DNA from: an uncultured Acidobacteriota bacterium
GTDB taxonomy: Bacteria > Acidobacteriota > UBA6911
Assembly: GCA_963843575.1 (NCBI GenBank)
Contig: CAWJKZ010000025.1
Coordinates: 192,001 to 256,000 of the forward strand
DNA length: 64,000 bases
Direction of reading: 5' to 3'
The position numbers and the translations under genes were made by a program. Positions within the stretch are counted from its first letter, which is position 1; the number at the start of each line of letters is the position of its first letter. The notes under the pieces were generated by a model, which saw only the letters and a program-made list of their open reading frames with translations, ran no database searches and had not been told where the DNA came from. Of the stretch, positions 18,926 through 28,080 are shown piece by piece.

Positions 18926-19102
18926 GTCTTCCCGCAAGGCCAGGATGGCAAAAGAGCGGCCGTGGTTGTCGGTGAACTCGATTTCGAACACACCGGGAGC
19001 CAGGAGCTCCACGACCGTTCCCACCTGCCCGCGGCGGAGCTTGCGGTCCGGCAGATCTTCGGTCAAAGCCACAACGTCGAGAAGGTTGATTCCGTTGCTC
19101 AT
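18926..19102 (-). pseudogene. Second, 3'-truncated DUF4926 copy
   Basis: Nearly identical to 17662-17836, then runs into IS701 sequence. Confidence 0.8.
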
Positions 19103-19106
19103 TCTC

Positions 19107-19430
19107 TTAGCAGCTTGTCAACCGCGGAAAATCTTCGCCCCGACGAATGATCCAGCTGCTTCGAACCGTGCGCTCGCCGGCCGGGCCGTTCATCGTAAAG
19201 TCTACCACATACCGGGCACCGTACTCATCCTGCTCGCCCGGCTGCGCATCCTCATTCCGCAGCGCTGCAAACAACGCGTCGCGAAGGTCCCCGGCATTGT
19301 TGGCCGTCAGTCCCGGCAATGCCGCAAACAGGCGCGCCTTGTGACAGCCGCGCCGGTGAACGGGGTTCAGGCAGTAGTTCCGCAGCTTGTCCAAGTCGAC
19401 AACCGCGCCTTCAGCATTCGGTAACTTCAC
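19107..19430 (-). CDS. DUF6883 family protein (C-terminus clipped by a short deletion)
   Basis: MKLPNAEGAVVDLDKLRNYCLNPVHRRGCHKARLF...DEYGARYVVDF...VRSSWII...PRLTSC. Confidence 0.8.
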   Translation of the reverse strand: MKLPNAEGAVVDLDKLRNYCLNPVHRRGCHKARLFAALPGLTANNAGDLRDALFAALRNEDAQPGEQDEYGARYVVDFTMNGPAGERTVRSSWIIRRGEDFPRLTSC

Positions 19431-19823
19431 AGAGGTTACTCGCTCCGCATTGCGTTCTCTTTAGCTGCCATTGTAGCAGCTATACAGGGCGTCATAGATG
19501 ATTGCGCATCATCCTGAGTGCACCTGAGGGCACAGTGGATATGCCGGAGCGCGGCGAGATTCTTGGAGACCTTCAAGTCATGGAGGTTGGTTTTTAACCT
19601 CTGAGGCTTCTCGAAGGGCTCGAAGATTCTCAAAAGCGGGCACCCCGGCATGAACTGATGTCACTCCGTATAAAGGGAAAAGACCAGGCTCTTGTTTTGC
19701 TCCGGCCGGACGTGACGCTCTTCCGGCGCTCTCGCACACCCCTGCGTCTCACGTTATCATCCCCTGGGACCCCGGTACAATCCGCCGGGCTACCGGGGAA
19801 CGGAACGTGAGCCGCGACGACAC

Positions 19824-20654
19824 TTGGAGGCAGCCATGACCCTTGCAGGAATCGACTTCGACGGGGAACTCGAGCGCGGGCTCGAGAGCTACGACGACGT
19901 GCTGGGCGGGTGGTGGCTGCGGCAGTCGGAGAACGGGGCACACCGGCGCGCGTACCGCACGATTGCCAGGTACATCCACGATTCGTTCCGGAGGCCGCTT
20001 GGGCTGGTGATCGACTACGGCTGCGGCACCGGCGCGCTCCTGTCCAGGCTCGCCTGGCGCTATCCCGGTGCCCGCTTCCTCGGTCTCGATGGTTCCGCCT
20101 TCATGCTCGAGCTGGCCCGTCGCAGGGTCGCACGCCTTGGACGCGCGTGTACGACGCGCATCCGGCTGCTGCGCTCTCCCCTGCCCAATTTCGCGCTGCC
20201 CAGGGGAGCGGCGGACCTGGTCGTCTATGCATTTCCGAATATCGTCCCCCGCGTCCCGGGCGACGACTTTCACTCGGATGCGCACCGCCTCACCGAGGGG
20301 GAACGTCAGGCCCTGCGCCGCCTGGCCCTTGCCGAAGGGGGCCACGCGGACGTGCTGCGCGACCGCCTGGTCGCCCTCAACCTCCACGGGCTGCTCAAGC
20401 GCGGCGGTTACTGCGTGCGCGTGGAGTACTGCGCCGTGCGTCGGTACGAACTCAGTCACTCGGAACTGCTCCGGACCGGGCTAGAGGAAGGGTCGCTCGA
20501 CTCGGTCCTCGGCGCCCGAAGGCCCAGACAGTGGTTTCGGGTAGTCGCCTCCTCCTGGTTTCGTTCAGGTGTCATAGAGGACGTCCGCCACCAAGCGGGC
20601 ATCCGGCGGGCCGGCCCCGGCGGCTACGCCATCACAGTCCTGCGCGCCCTGTAA
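19824..20654 (+). CDS. Class I SAM-dependent methyltransferase
   Basis: VIDYGCGTG motif I, GLDGS motif; GGAGG upstream of ATG at ~19836. Confidence 0.8.
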   Translation: MEAAMTLAGIDFDGELERGLESYDDVLGGWWLRQSENGAHRRAYRTIARYIHDSFRRPLGLVIDYGCGTGALLSRLAWRYPGARFLGLDGSAFMLELARRRVARLGRACTTRIRLLRSPLPNFALPRGAADLVVYAFPNIVPRVPGDDFHSDAHRLTEGERQALRRLALAEGGHADVLRDRLVALNLHGLLKRGGYCVRVEYCAVRRYELSHSELLRTGLEEGSLDSVLGARRPRQWFRVVASSWFRSGVIEDVRHQAGIRRAGPGGYAITVLRAL

Positions 20655-21168
20655 CCGTTACGTGGCGCGGGATTCATCGAGAGTCCACCCTCGGAGCTAC
20701 GATGGGTCGGGGCTATGCCGCCGGGGCCCGAGCGACGAGAGCCGGCCGGCGTGCGCGCTCGTCCGGGCTCCGGCGATTTTCCCGCCTAATAACGGAATCA
20801 TTCGGCGTCTGAACAACAGACTGGCAATTGTGACCTTGCTCACCTGGCGAGCGAACACCGGCCGGTCGGGAATCGCAGTACAGCCGTGCTTCGGGCGGCC
20901 TCCCGGGTCGCGCCGAGCTCCCCCGGATATCTTCCGGGGGACGACGATCCAGGCTGGAATTGGAGTGCTGTGACGGAGGGTGCAGCACGTGTGACTCCAA
21001 CCGGTCCTGTTGCTCTCCATATGGTCATCACGGAAATGCCCGGAGCGCGTTCGTGCAGAACGTTGCACTAGCTTCGAACAGCGCCCCGCGGTGTGTTTTT
21101 CCGGAGAACACGTTAATAGGCGTGTGCGCGGAGTTTGCGTGCCCGCCACCATAGCAGGAGCCAAATCG

Positions 21169-21369
21169 ATGTCGACGATGCCCAAAATCCACGTCGTGGT
21201 GAAGAACAACCAGCATTACAGCCCTAAAATCGACTACAGTCAGAAGTGTACCTGCGGCCACTACCGTTACGAGCACCACCAGCCGTTCGGCTGCATGCAG
21301 TGGGACGTGCGTCGACGCCACGGATGGTGCGAGTGCGAAGGGTTCTCGGCCTGGAAGGTGCTCGGTTAG
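21169..21369 (+). CDS. Small Cys/His-rich putative zinc-binding protein, 66 aa
   Basis: AGGAG RBS; KCTCGHYRYEHHQPFGCMQWDVRRRHGWCECEGF (CxCGH..H..C..CxC..F). Confidence 0.6.
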   Translation: MSTMPKIHVVVKNNQHYSPKIDYSQKCTCGHYRYEHHQPFGCMQWDVRRRHGWCECEGFSAWKVLG

Positions 21370-21414
21370 AGGATCGTCGGTGCGCGCGTCGCTATGTTGC
21401 GCAGGACAGAAGAC

Positions 21415-21438
21415 GTCCGGGCTGAAGCCAGGACCCAC
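21415..21438. repeat. REP family A copy
   Basis: GTCCGGGCTGAAGCCAGGACCCAC. Confidence 0.8.
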
Positions 21439-21462
21439 GTGGTTTGCGAGGTTGTACCGCTC

Positions 21463-22017
21463 TTATAGCGTAGGGCTTATTGTGTAGTCCACCTGGCTGT
21501 CGAACCACTCCCGCCGAGCTTCGTAGACTTGCCGGGCGATGATCGAATCCCGGTCCAGGGCGTGGTCCAGGGCCAGGACGCCGTCGAGGTGATCTACCTC
21601 GTGTTGGACCAGTTCCGCAACGGCCTGCCCGGTCCCCTGCCAAACTCGCAGCTCTCCAGCCTCGGTCCGGAACTGCACGTCGACGTGCATGTGACGTTGC
21701 AGCCGGACCATCAGCCAGGGGAAACTCAGGCAGTCGTCCCAAAGGGTGAACTGCTCAGCGCTTCTGTCGAGGATCTCCGGGTTAATGAGGAGAAAGGGTC
21801 CGCTGCCGAGGTTCATCGCCACGATCCTGCGTAGGATGCCGACCTGGGGGGCCGCGATGGCCCGGCCGAAGCCGTGTTCGGCCCGGAACTGCTCGAGCGC
21901 GCGGAGCAGCCGACTGCAGTCTCGCTGCATCCCGGGATCCGCGAAGTCGGCCACGGGCCCGCACCGGACGCGCAGGCGCGGGTCCCCAACCAGCAGAATC
22001 TGTTCACGCGGCTCCAA
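21463..22017 (-). CDS. def: Peptide deformylase (variant motifs)
   Basis: GRAIAAPQVG, DDCLS, QHEVDHLDG. Confidence 0.9.
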   Translation of the reverse strand: MEPREQILLVGDPRLRVRCGPVADFADPGMQRDCSRLLRALEQFRAEHGFGRAIAAPQVGILRRIVAMNLGSGPFLLINPEILDRSAEQFTLWDDCLSFPWLMVRLQRHMHVDVQFRTEAGELRVWQGTGQAVAELVQHEVDHLDGVLALDHALDRDSIIARQVYEARREWFDSQVDYTISPTL

Positions 22018-22271
22018 TGGAGTTCCTCCTCACCGAGACTATGCCAGCCGGAAAGACCGCAAGGCAACAGGATTTGCCCGGCACCGGAACCCATCTACGT
22101 TGTGCGGCCTTGACCGGCCGGGAAAGATAAAAGCAGAAGCGAACATGGATATTCGCGGATTTGACGGGTTCGCGCGGATCGGCCGCGTCCGGAAAAACCC
22201 AACCGGCCGGCGGCCGACCCGCGGGGCCGAGGCGAACACCGGTGGTTGCGGCGCCCCTCGTCCGGCGACGC

Positions 22272-22795
22272 TCACCACGAGGACGCCAGCCTCTTTCCCC
22301 TGCGGGAGCGCTTCCAGAACCGTACTGCCTTGACAGCAACCACCGCGGCGGCCACGAGAACGCCTGAGGTCACGAAGAACAGCAGGGTGTGGCGGGACAA
22401 GACGACAAATACACGGCGACCGTACTCGGCGGCCAGATACGCAGCAGCCGAGTATCGGATGAAACGGGCCGACACATAGGCCGCAAGGAATTTCCTGAGC
22501 GGGTATTTCAAAGCACCCGCCCCCAGCTAGACATCACCGCGTAGTACAGCCACCACTCGCGGTGATAGGCCGAAAGCAGGATCGTGAAAAGACCCTGGCT
22601 GCCGGGCACCGGCACCAGGGAGTTGTCGATGACGCCCCCGACGATAAGCCCGAGGCCGCCGAGACGCCACACGAGACGCCTGACTTCCCACAGACCACGC
22701 CCCACCTCCACACGCAAATATCGTTCCATTGGCCATCGCAGCCAGGCTTCCCGACGTCGTTCGTACCCACTGCGCTGACGGGAAAATTGCCCCAT
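22272..22795 (-). pseudogene. YqaA/DedA-like membrane protein, split or degraded
   Basis: LGGLGLIVGGVIDNSLVPVPGSQ..TILLSAYHREWWLYYA, followed in another frame by KYPLRKFLAAYVSARFIRY; middle part missing. Confidence 0.55.
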
Positions 22796-22957
22796 GGGGC
22801 ACCCGGGGAAACAATACCGGGAGGCTTGTCTGCAAATCGGCTATCCAGCGAAGCACCGACACCTGAAAGACTTGTCGCACGCGGGTTCGGTGGCATGAGA
22901 GTTGCCTGAGCCCCGGTGTGATTTTTTTGCCCACCGAGGTGGGGGAAGGAGAGTCGT

Positions 22958-24424
22958 ATGAAAAGCCTTTTTGTGCCGGTACTGGTCGTCGCCGGACTGC
23001 TGGTTTCGGCCGGCCCTGGGGCGAACGCGCTGAGTGCGCGAGAGACCGAAGATCAGGCCGAGCGTGCGCAGATGGCGGCAGAGGTGTTGTCCGACCTCAT
23101 GAAAACGCCGGACAAGGGAATCCCGCAAGATCTGCTCGAACGCGCCGAAGCAGTCGCCGTAATCCCCAACGTGATCAAGGCAGCCTTTGGAATCGGCGGC
23201 AGCTGGGGGAAGGGTCTGTTGTCGGTCCGGGAGCAGAATGGAAAGTGGAGCGCACCCGCCTTCATCGACATCGGCGGAGGGAGTTTCGGGTTTCAGATCG
23301 GCGGCCAGTCAACCGACGTGGTGCTGGTGTTCACTGACAAACAGGGAATAAGGACACTCCTGGACTCAAAGCTGAAGCTCGGCGCCGATGCCTCCGTCGC
23401 GGCGGGTCCTGTCGGTAGAACCGGCAGCGTCGGCACCGACCTGGGGTTCGATTCGGCCGTTTACTCGTATTCGCGGTCCAAGGGGCTCTTCGCCGGTCTG
23501 GCGCTGGACGGAACGGTCATCAGCATCGATGACAGCGCAAACCACAAGGTATACGGTGCCGGCATTTCGGGCACCGACATCCTCATGCGTGGCCGGGTGA
23601 AGCCGACGACCGTGACGACACCGTTCCTGGCGGGGCTGGCACGGTACAGCCCGCGCTACCTGGAAGCTGCCAGGCGACCTGTCGGGCGCACGCAATCCGC
23701 CGCAACGCGCCAGACCCGGGAGACCGCACACGAGGTGACGCAGGACGTCGATCGCACAACCGGCCGGCAGTCGCGGGAGATCGCACGCACCGACATCCCG
23801 AAGGACTCACAGGACCAGGCCGAAAGGGCGCAGCGCGCCGCGGTGGTTTTGGATGAACTGGTCAGGACACCCGACCGGTCTATCCCGCGTGAGTTGCTCG
23901 ACCGCGCATACGGGATCGCCGTCATTCCGAACGTCGTCAAGGCGGCTTTCGGCGTCGGCGGCCGCTGGGGCAAAGGCCTGCTCTCCGTGCGGGAGGGAGG
24001 AAAATGGAGCGCCCCGGCATTCATCGACCTGGCTGGCGGCAGCTTCGGGCTGCAGATCGGGGCCCAGGCCACCGATCTCGTCATGGTCTTCACGGAGAAA
24101 AACAGCGTCCAATCGCTTCTCGATTCCAAGATGAAACTCGGCGCGGATGCGTCGGTGGCAGCGGGCCCAGTCGGGCGCGGCGCCGAAGCCGGAACCGACG
24201 CCAAATTGAACGCGGCCATCTACGCGTACTCACGTTCGAAGGGTCTGTTTGCCGGGGTGGCGCTCGACGGCGCCGTAATCTCGATGGACGACAGTGCCAA
24301 CCACAAGGTGTACGGAGAAAGCGCAACAGCCAGGGACATCCTGAGCGGTCGTCTCTCGAGCCCGTCCATAACGACCCCCTTCGTCAGCGCCTTGAGGCAG
24401 TACAGCCCACGGGTGACTAAGTAG
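22958..24424 (+). CDS. Secreted protein with two tandem SYLF (Ysc84-like) lipid-binding domains
   Basis: Two copies of VIPNV.KAAFG.GG.WGKG..WSAPAFI..GGSFG.QIG.Q.TD.V.VF..LGADASVAAGPVGR..YSRSKGLFAG.ALDG. Confidence 0.9.
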   Translation: MKSLFVPVLVVAGLLVSAGPGANALSARETEDQAERAQMAAEVLSDLMKTPDKGIPQDLLERAEAVAVIPNVIKAAFGIGGSWGKGLLSVREQNGKWSAPAFIDIGGGSFGFQIGGQSTDVVLVFTDKQGIRTLLDSKLKLGADASVAAGPVGRTGSVGTDLGFDSAVYSYSRSKGLFAGLALDGTVISIDDSANHKVYGAGISGTDILMRGRVKPTTVTTPFLAGLARYSPRYLEAARRPVGRTQSAATRQTRETAHEVTQDVDRTTGRQSREIARTDIPKDSQDQAERAQRAAVVLDELVRTPDRSIPRELLDRAYGIAVIPNVVKAAFGVGGRWGKGLLSVREGGKWSAPAFIDLAGGSFGLQIGAQATDLVMVFTEKNSVQSLLDSKMKLGADASVAAGPVGRGAEAGTDAKLNAAIYAYSRSKGLFAGVALDGAVISMDDSANHKVYGESATARDILSGRLSSPSITTPFVSALRQYSPRVTK

Positions 24425-24628
24425 CACATTTCGCAAACACGCTAACGTATTCTTGGGATGGAGCTGTTCACCGATTGACAACAGCAGAACGCGGATCTTC
24501 CCGGGTTTTACGGATTCACGCGGATCGGCCGCGCCCGGCAGTCCTCGGGGAGGAATGCCGGGCGCGGCCTGCCACCATCCGCGGAAATCCGCGTCCTGGA
24601 AATGTTAGCGTATTTCTGAACACGAGTA
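24420..24628 (+). mobile_element. MITE-like element (copy 2) with internal GC hairpin
   Basis: Homologous to rc of 2893-3041; internal hairpin GGCCGCGCCCGGCAGTCCTC-GGG-GAGGAATGCCGGGCGCGGCC. Confidence 0.6.
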
Positions 24629-24818
24629 AGCGTTTGTGCTTACTTCAACAACGACGTGGGGCGACACGCCGTCGTGAACGCCGTCAGGCTCGGATCTCTG
24701 GTCGGAGCCACGCCGATGTAGTCCCGCCCGCCCCGGCGCGTATCCTATGATCGAGGGGGGGCGAATCGAACAAGCAGTTCCGCCACCTGTTCCACGCGCC
24801 GTCCGGATAGAGGGGCAG

Positions 24819-25613
24819 ATGAGCCAGGCAGGGGACCACGCACCGCTCAGATATTGCGACTACGACCCGCTGGCCTGGTTCTACAACCGTCACTGGGGCG
24901 ACGCCTACCACCGTCTTGCCCTGGCCGCAATCGAGAACCTCGCCCCCGGATTGTGCGGACCGGGGCGCCGCACCCTGGACCTGTGCTGCGGCACGGGTCA
25001 ACTCACCCGCATGCTCGCAGACAAGGGGTGCGAGGTCACGGGAGTCGACGGCTCCGAGGAAATGCTCCGTTTCGCGCGGGGAAAAGTGCCTACCGGCAAA
25101 TTCTACGCCGCCGACGCCCGCTATCTCCGGCTTTCCCGCAACTACCAGCTTGCCGTGTCCACGTTCGAGAGCATGAACCACATCACCAGCCTCCCCGAAC
25201 TCGAGGCCGTCTTCCGCAACGTCGCCGCGGCACTGGTGGAAGGGGGCTGTTTCGTGTTCGATATCCTTACGGAGGAGACTTACCTCGTGGAGTGGAAGAA
25301 ATCGTCCGCCGTGGTGGAGGACGACAACGCCTGCTTCGTCAGGGGCGGCTACAATCCCGAGACCCGGATTGCCCACGCCGACATCACCATGTTTCGCCTG
25401 ACCGATGCCTGGAGACGCTCGGACGCCACCATCCTGGAGAGGTACTATCCGGTGTCCGATGTCGGGGAAGCCCTGCGCGCAGCCAGTTTTGGCAGCGTGA
25501 ACCTGCTAGCTCTCGAGGGGAGAGTCTTTTTTCGCGCTGACCTCGGAACCTCCGGTTTATCGACGGGGCGAGTCGCTTCAGGACGCTCACCGGGGGCGCG
25601 CGGTCGAACGTAA
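24819..25613 (+). CDS. Class I SAM-dependent methyltransferase
   Basis: TLDLCCGTG, GVDGSEEML, STFESMNH. Confidence 0.88.
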   Translation: MSQAGDHAPLRYCDYDPLAWFYNRHWGDAYHRLALAAIENLAPGLCGPGRRTLDLCCGTGQLTRMLADKGCEVTGVDGSEEMLRFARGKVPTGKFYAADARYLRLSRNYQLAVSTFESMNHITSLPELEAVFRNVAAALVEGGCFVFDILTEETYLVEWKKSSAVVEDDNACFVRGGYNPETRIAHADITMFRLTDAWRRSDATILERYYPVSDVGEALRAASFGSVNLLALEGRVFFRADLGTSGLSTGRVASGRSPGARGRT

Positions 25614-25683
25614 CAAGGGCGTTACGCACCCCCATTCCCGTATCGTCGTACACCTGGACCGTGACACTCATGCACTCTGCGAC

Positions 25684-26289
25684 TTACTGGGCCGTGAAGT
25701 CCCCGGTGTCGTTGACGCGCACGACCTGGACGCGGTCGGCACGGAGGTCGACGATGCTCACGGACGCCGGGGCGATCTGGAGCCGGTGGAAGAGGTCGAG
25801 AGGGATGCCGGCAAAGTGCGCCAGAGCGGCGCGAATGACGTCGGCGTGGCTGACGAGCGCGATCATGCGGTCTCTATGGACAAGGCGGAGCCGATCCAGC
25901 TCGGCGAGCACGCGGGTCTGAACTTCGGTCGTGCTCTCTCCCCCGGGCGGTCTGGAGCAGCTGCGGAAAGAGTTGAAAACAGACCACTCGGGGAGTGTCG
26001 CCAGCTCTCGCAGGCTCTTCCCGGTCCAGTCGCCGAACCGGACTTCACCAAGGGCGGCGAGCGTCTGCACCTCGAGCCCAAGCCTCGCGGCCAGGGGTGC
26101 CGCGGTTTCCTGGGCCCTTTCCAGCGGGCTGCTGTAGACGGCCTCGAGGGGCAGGACCGCAAGACGCTGCGCGAGGCGCTCGGCCTGCAGCCGTCCGCGT
26201 TCGTTGAGGTGAACCCCCGGGGTCCAGCCGGCGATTCCGGTCCCGATCCAGTCGTTGTGTGCGTGGCGAATCAGCAGCAGCGTCGGCAT
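25684..26289 (-). CDS. Histidine phosphatase (phosphoglycerate mutase family)
   Basis: LIRHA, VYSSPLERAQETA, EVRFGDW, LVSHAD. Confidence 0.9.
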   Translation of the reverse strand: MPTLLLIRHAHNDWIGTGIAGWTPGVHLNERGRLQAERLAQRLAVLPLEAVYSSPLERAQETAAPLAARLGLEVQTLAALGEVRFGDWTGKSLRELATLPEWSVFNSFRSCSRPPGGESTTEVQTRVLAELDRLRLVHRDRMIALVSHADVIRAALAHFAGIPLDLFHRLQIAPASVSIVDLRADRVQVVRVNDTGDFTAQ

Positions 26290-26370
26290 CGCGCCCCTCA
26301 GGCGAAATCAGGAGACTAATGCTAACACGCTGGGCATAAGACTTGCATTAAGGGTGGGACAGGAGGATTT

Positions 26371-26790
26371 ATGACTGAAGATGCGGGGAAGGTCATCGAC
26401 GCCGGGAGGGCGGAGAGCACGAAAGATCCCGTCGACCCTGAGATCGAACGCGAATTCGACGAAGCTCAGAAACTTGCGGGGTCCGGTCCGACCCAATTGG
26501 CGCGCAAGCTACACAAACACCATTCCCGCACACCCCTCCTTTCGGGAGGCGACGCGGAGTGGGACCGTTCCGACATCGGAGAGGAGTCGGTGGGCGGTCA
26601 GAACCCGATGCCGGATCAGGATATCGCCGAGGACCTGGCCAACGCCGTCGGCATCAACTACGAAGACAACGAGCCGCTGCGCTCGGCGGAGAAGCTGGAG
26701 GAGCGCGACCGCAATCGCTGGGAGTTCGACCCGGCATCGTCCGAGGATTACATGGATCGGGTGCACGACAAGCCGGAAAAGAAACCATGA
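26371..26790 (+). CDS. Acidic DUF6335-like protein
   Basis: LSGGD..W....GEESVGGQNPMPDQDIAEDLANAVGINYEDNEPL..KLEERDRNRWEFDPASSEDY. Confidence 0.75.
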   Translation: MTEDAGKVIDAGRAESTKDPVDPEIEREFDEAQKLAGSGPTQLARKLHKHHSRTPLLSGGDAEWDRSDIGEESVGGQNPMPDQDIAEDLANAVGINYEDNEPLRSAEKLEERDRNRWEFDPASSEDYMDRVHDKPEKKP

Positions 26791-26792
26791 AA

Positions 26793-26913
26793 CAAGTGGG
26801 TCAAGTGGGGACGTCCGGGCTGAAGCCCGGGCGGTTTGCGGTCGCTATGCGGTGCAGGTGTTACTGTATGGCACGGTTTTAAAGACGTCCGGGCTGAAGC
26901 CCGGACCCACTTG
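26793..26913. repeat. REP family A doublet (REPIN-like)
   Basis: Two GTCCGGGCTGAAGCCCGG units bounded by CAAGTGGG...CCCACTTG. Confidence 0.8.
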
Positions 26914-26917
26914 TTTG

Positions 26918-28072
26918 CTACCTCGCGTAGAAGCCCGCCTCATACGCCGCGTCGTACATGGCGACGATGTTTTCGGGGGGCACTCCCGCCTGGAGGTTGT
27001 GGCTGTTGCAGAAGACATACCCGCCCCCCGGCATGAACGCTCGGACGTTGGCCGCAACTTCTTCCCGGACCCGTTCGGGGGTGGCGAAGGGCAGCGTGTG
27101 CTGGGCATCGATGCCGCCGCCCCAGAAGGTCAGCTCCCGGCCGAACCTTCGCTTCAGCGTCACCGGGTCCATGTCGCGCGCGCCGATCTGTACCGGATTC
27201 AAAATGTCGATGCCGTTGTCGAGGAGGTCCGGCACGAGCGGCGCGCAGCCTCCACAGGTGTGATACCAGATCTTCGCGCCGGTCAGGCTCCGGATCGTCT
27301 CGATCACCCGCTTGTGCCTGGGCTTCACCACCGAGCGGTAGCAGGCGGGCGAAAACATCGGCCCCTGCTGGCCGGCGAGGTCGTCACCGATCATCACGAT
27401 GTCGAGCAGGTCGCCGACCTCGGTGAGGAAGCCTTTCAGCCATTCCACCCAGAAGCGGCAGGTCCGATCCAGCAGGGCTTCGCAAAACCGAGGGTTCTCG
27501 GCCATGTCGGCAAACCACTGCTCGAGCCCCCTCATGTACCAGCACACCTCATAGGTGACACCGCAGATGCCGCTGGACAGCGCGTAAGGCGTTTCCCGAC
27601 GCATCCGCAGCGCACGCTCCCGCAACCCGGCAAAACGCGACGGATCGCCGCCGTTCGGAAAGGGGTAAGAGTCGATGTCCTCGACGCGCGCGCCGGCCAG
27701 CGGGTGGTGGGTGATGTCCATGTACAGCCGCTGGTCTTCGGGCATCGACCACACGACCCCGAACTCGTCCTTCAGCTCGCTCCAAGCCCTGCCGTCGCGG
27801 ACCGTCCGGCGAACCGTCCCGTCGAAACCTGCCGGCGCCTGGGGAACGAGATAACGAACGTCGACGTGAAAGCGCTCGAGGACCCTCTCGGAGGGAATCG
27901 CGAGTTGCTGAACCGGGTCGAGCGTGCGGATCTCCTCTTGCCACCCGAGGTGGGCTAGCAGCGCCTCGTACGCTATCCGGTGGATGCCCGTCTGAAATCC
28001 GCCGAGGTCGATCGGGACCCTGTCGGGTTCCCGGTGGGACAGCGCGGCCAGCACGCGCTCGCGCGACCCCAT
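26918..28072 (-). CDS. Uroporphyrinogen decarboxylase/MtaA-CmuA family protein
   Basis: SRERVLAALSHREPDRVPIDLG, DEFGVVW, IGDDLAGQ, WYHTCG, GIDILNPVQ, GGGYVFCNSHNLQ. Confidence 0.88.
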   Translation of the reverse strand: MGSRERVLAALSHREPDRVPIDLGGFQTGIHRIAYEALLAHLGWQEEIRTLDPVQQLAIPSERVLERFHVDVRYLVPQAPAGFDGTVRRTVRDGRAWSELKDEFGVVWSMPEDQRLYMDITHHPLAGARVEDIDSYPFPNGGDPSRFAGLRERALRMRRETPYALSSGICGVTYEVCWYMRGLEQWFADMAENPRFCEALLDRTCRFWVEWLKGFLTEVGDLLDIVMIGDDLAGQQGPMFSPACYRSVVKPRHKRVIETIRSLTGAKIWYHTCGGCAPLVPDLLDNGIDILNPVQIGARDMDPVTLKRRFGRELTFWGGGIDAQHTLPFATPERVREEVAANVRAFMPGGGYVFCNSHNLQAGVPPENIVAMYDAAYEAGFYAR

Positions 28073-28080
28073 CGTCTCCT

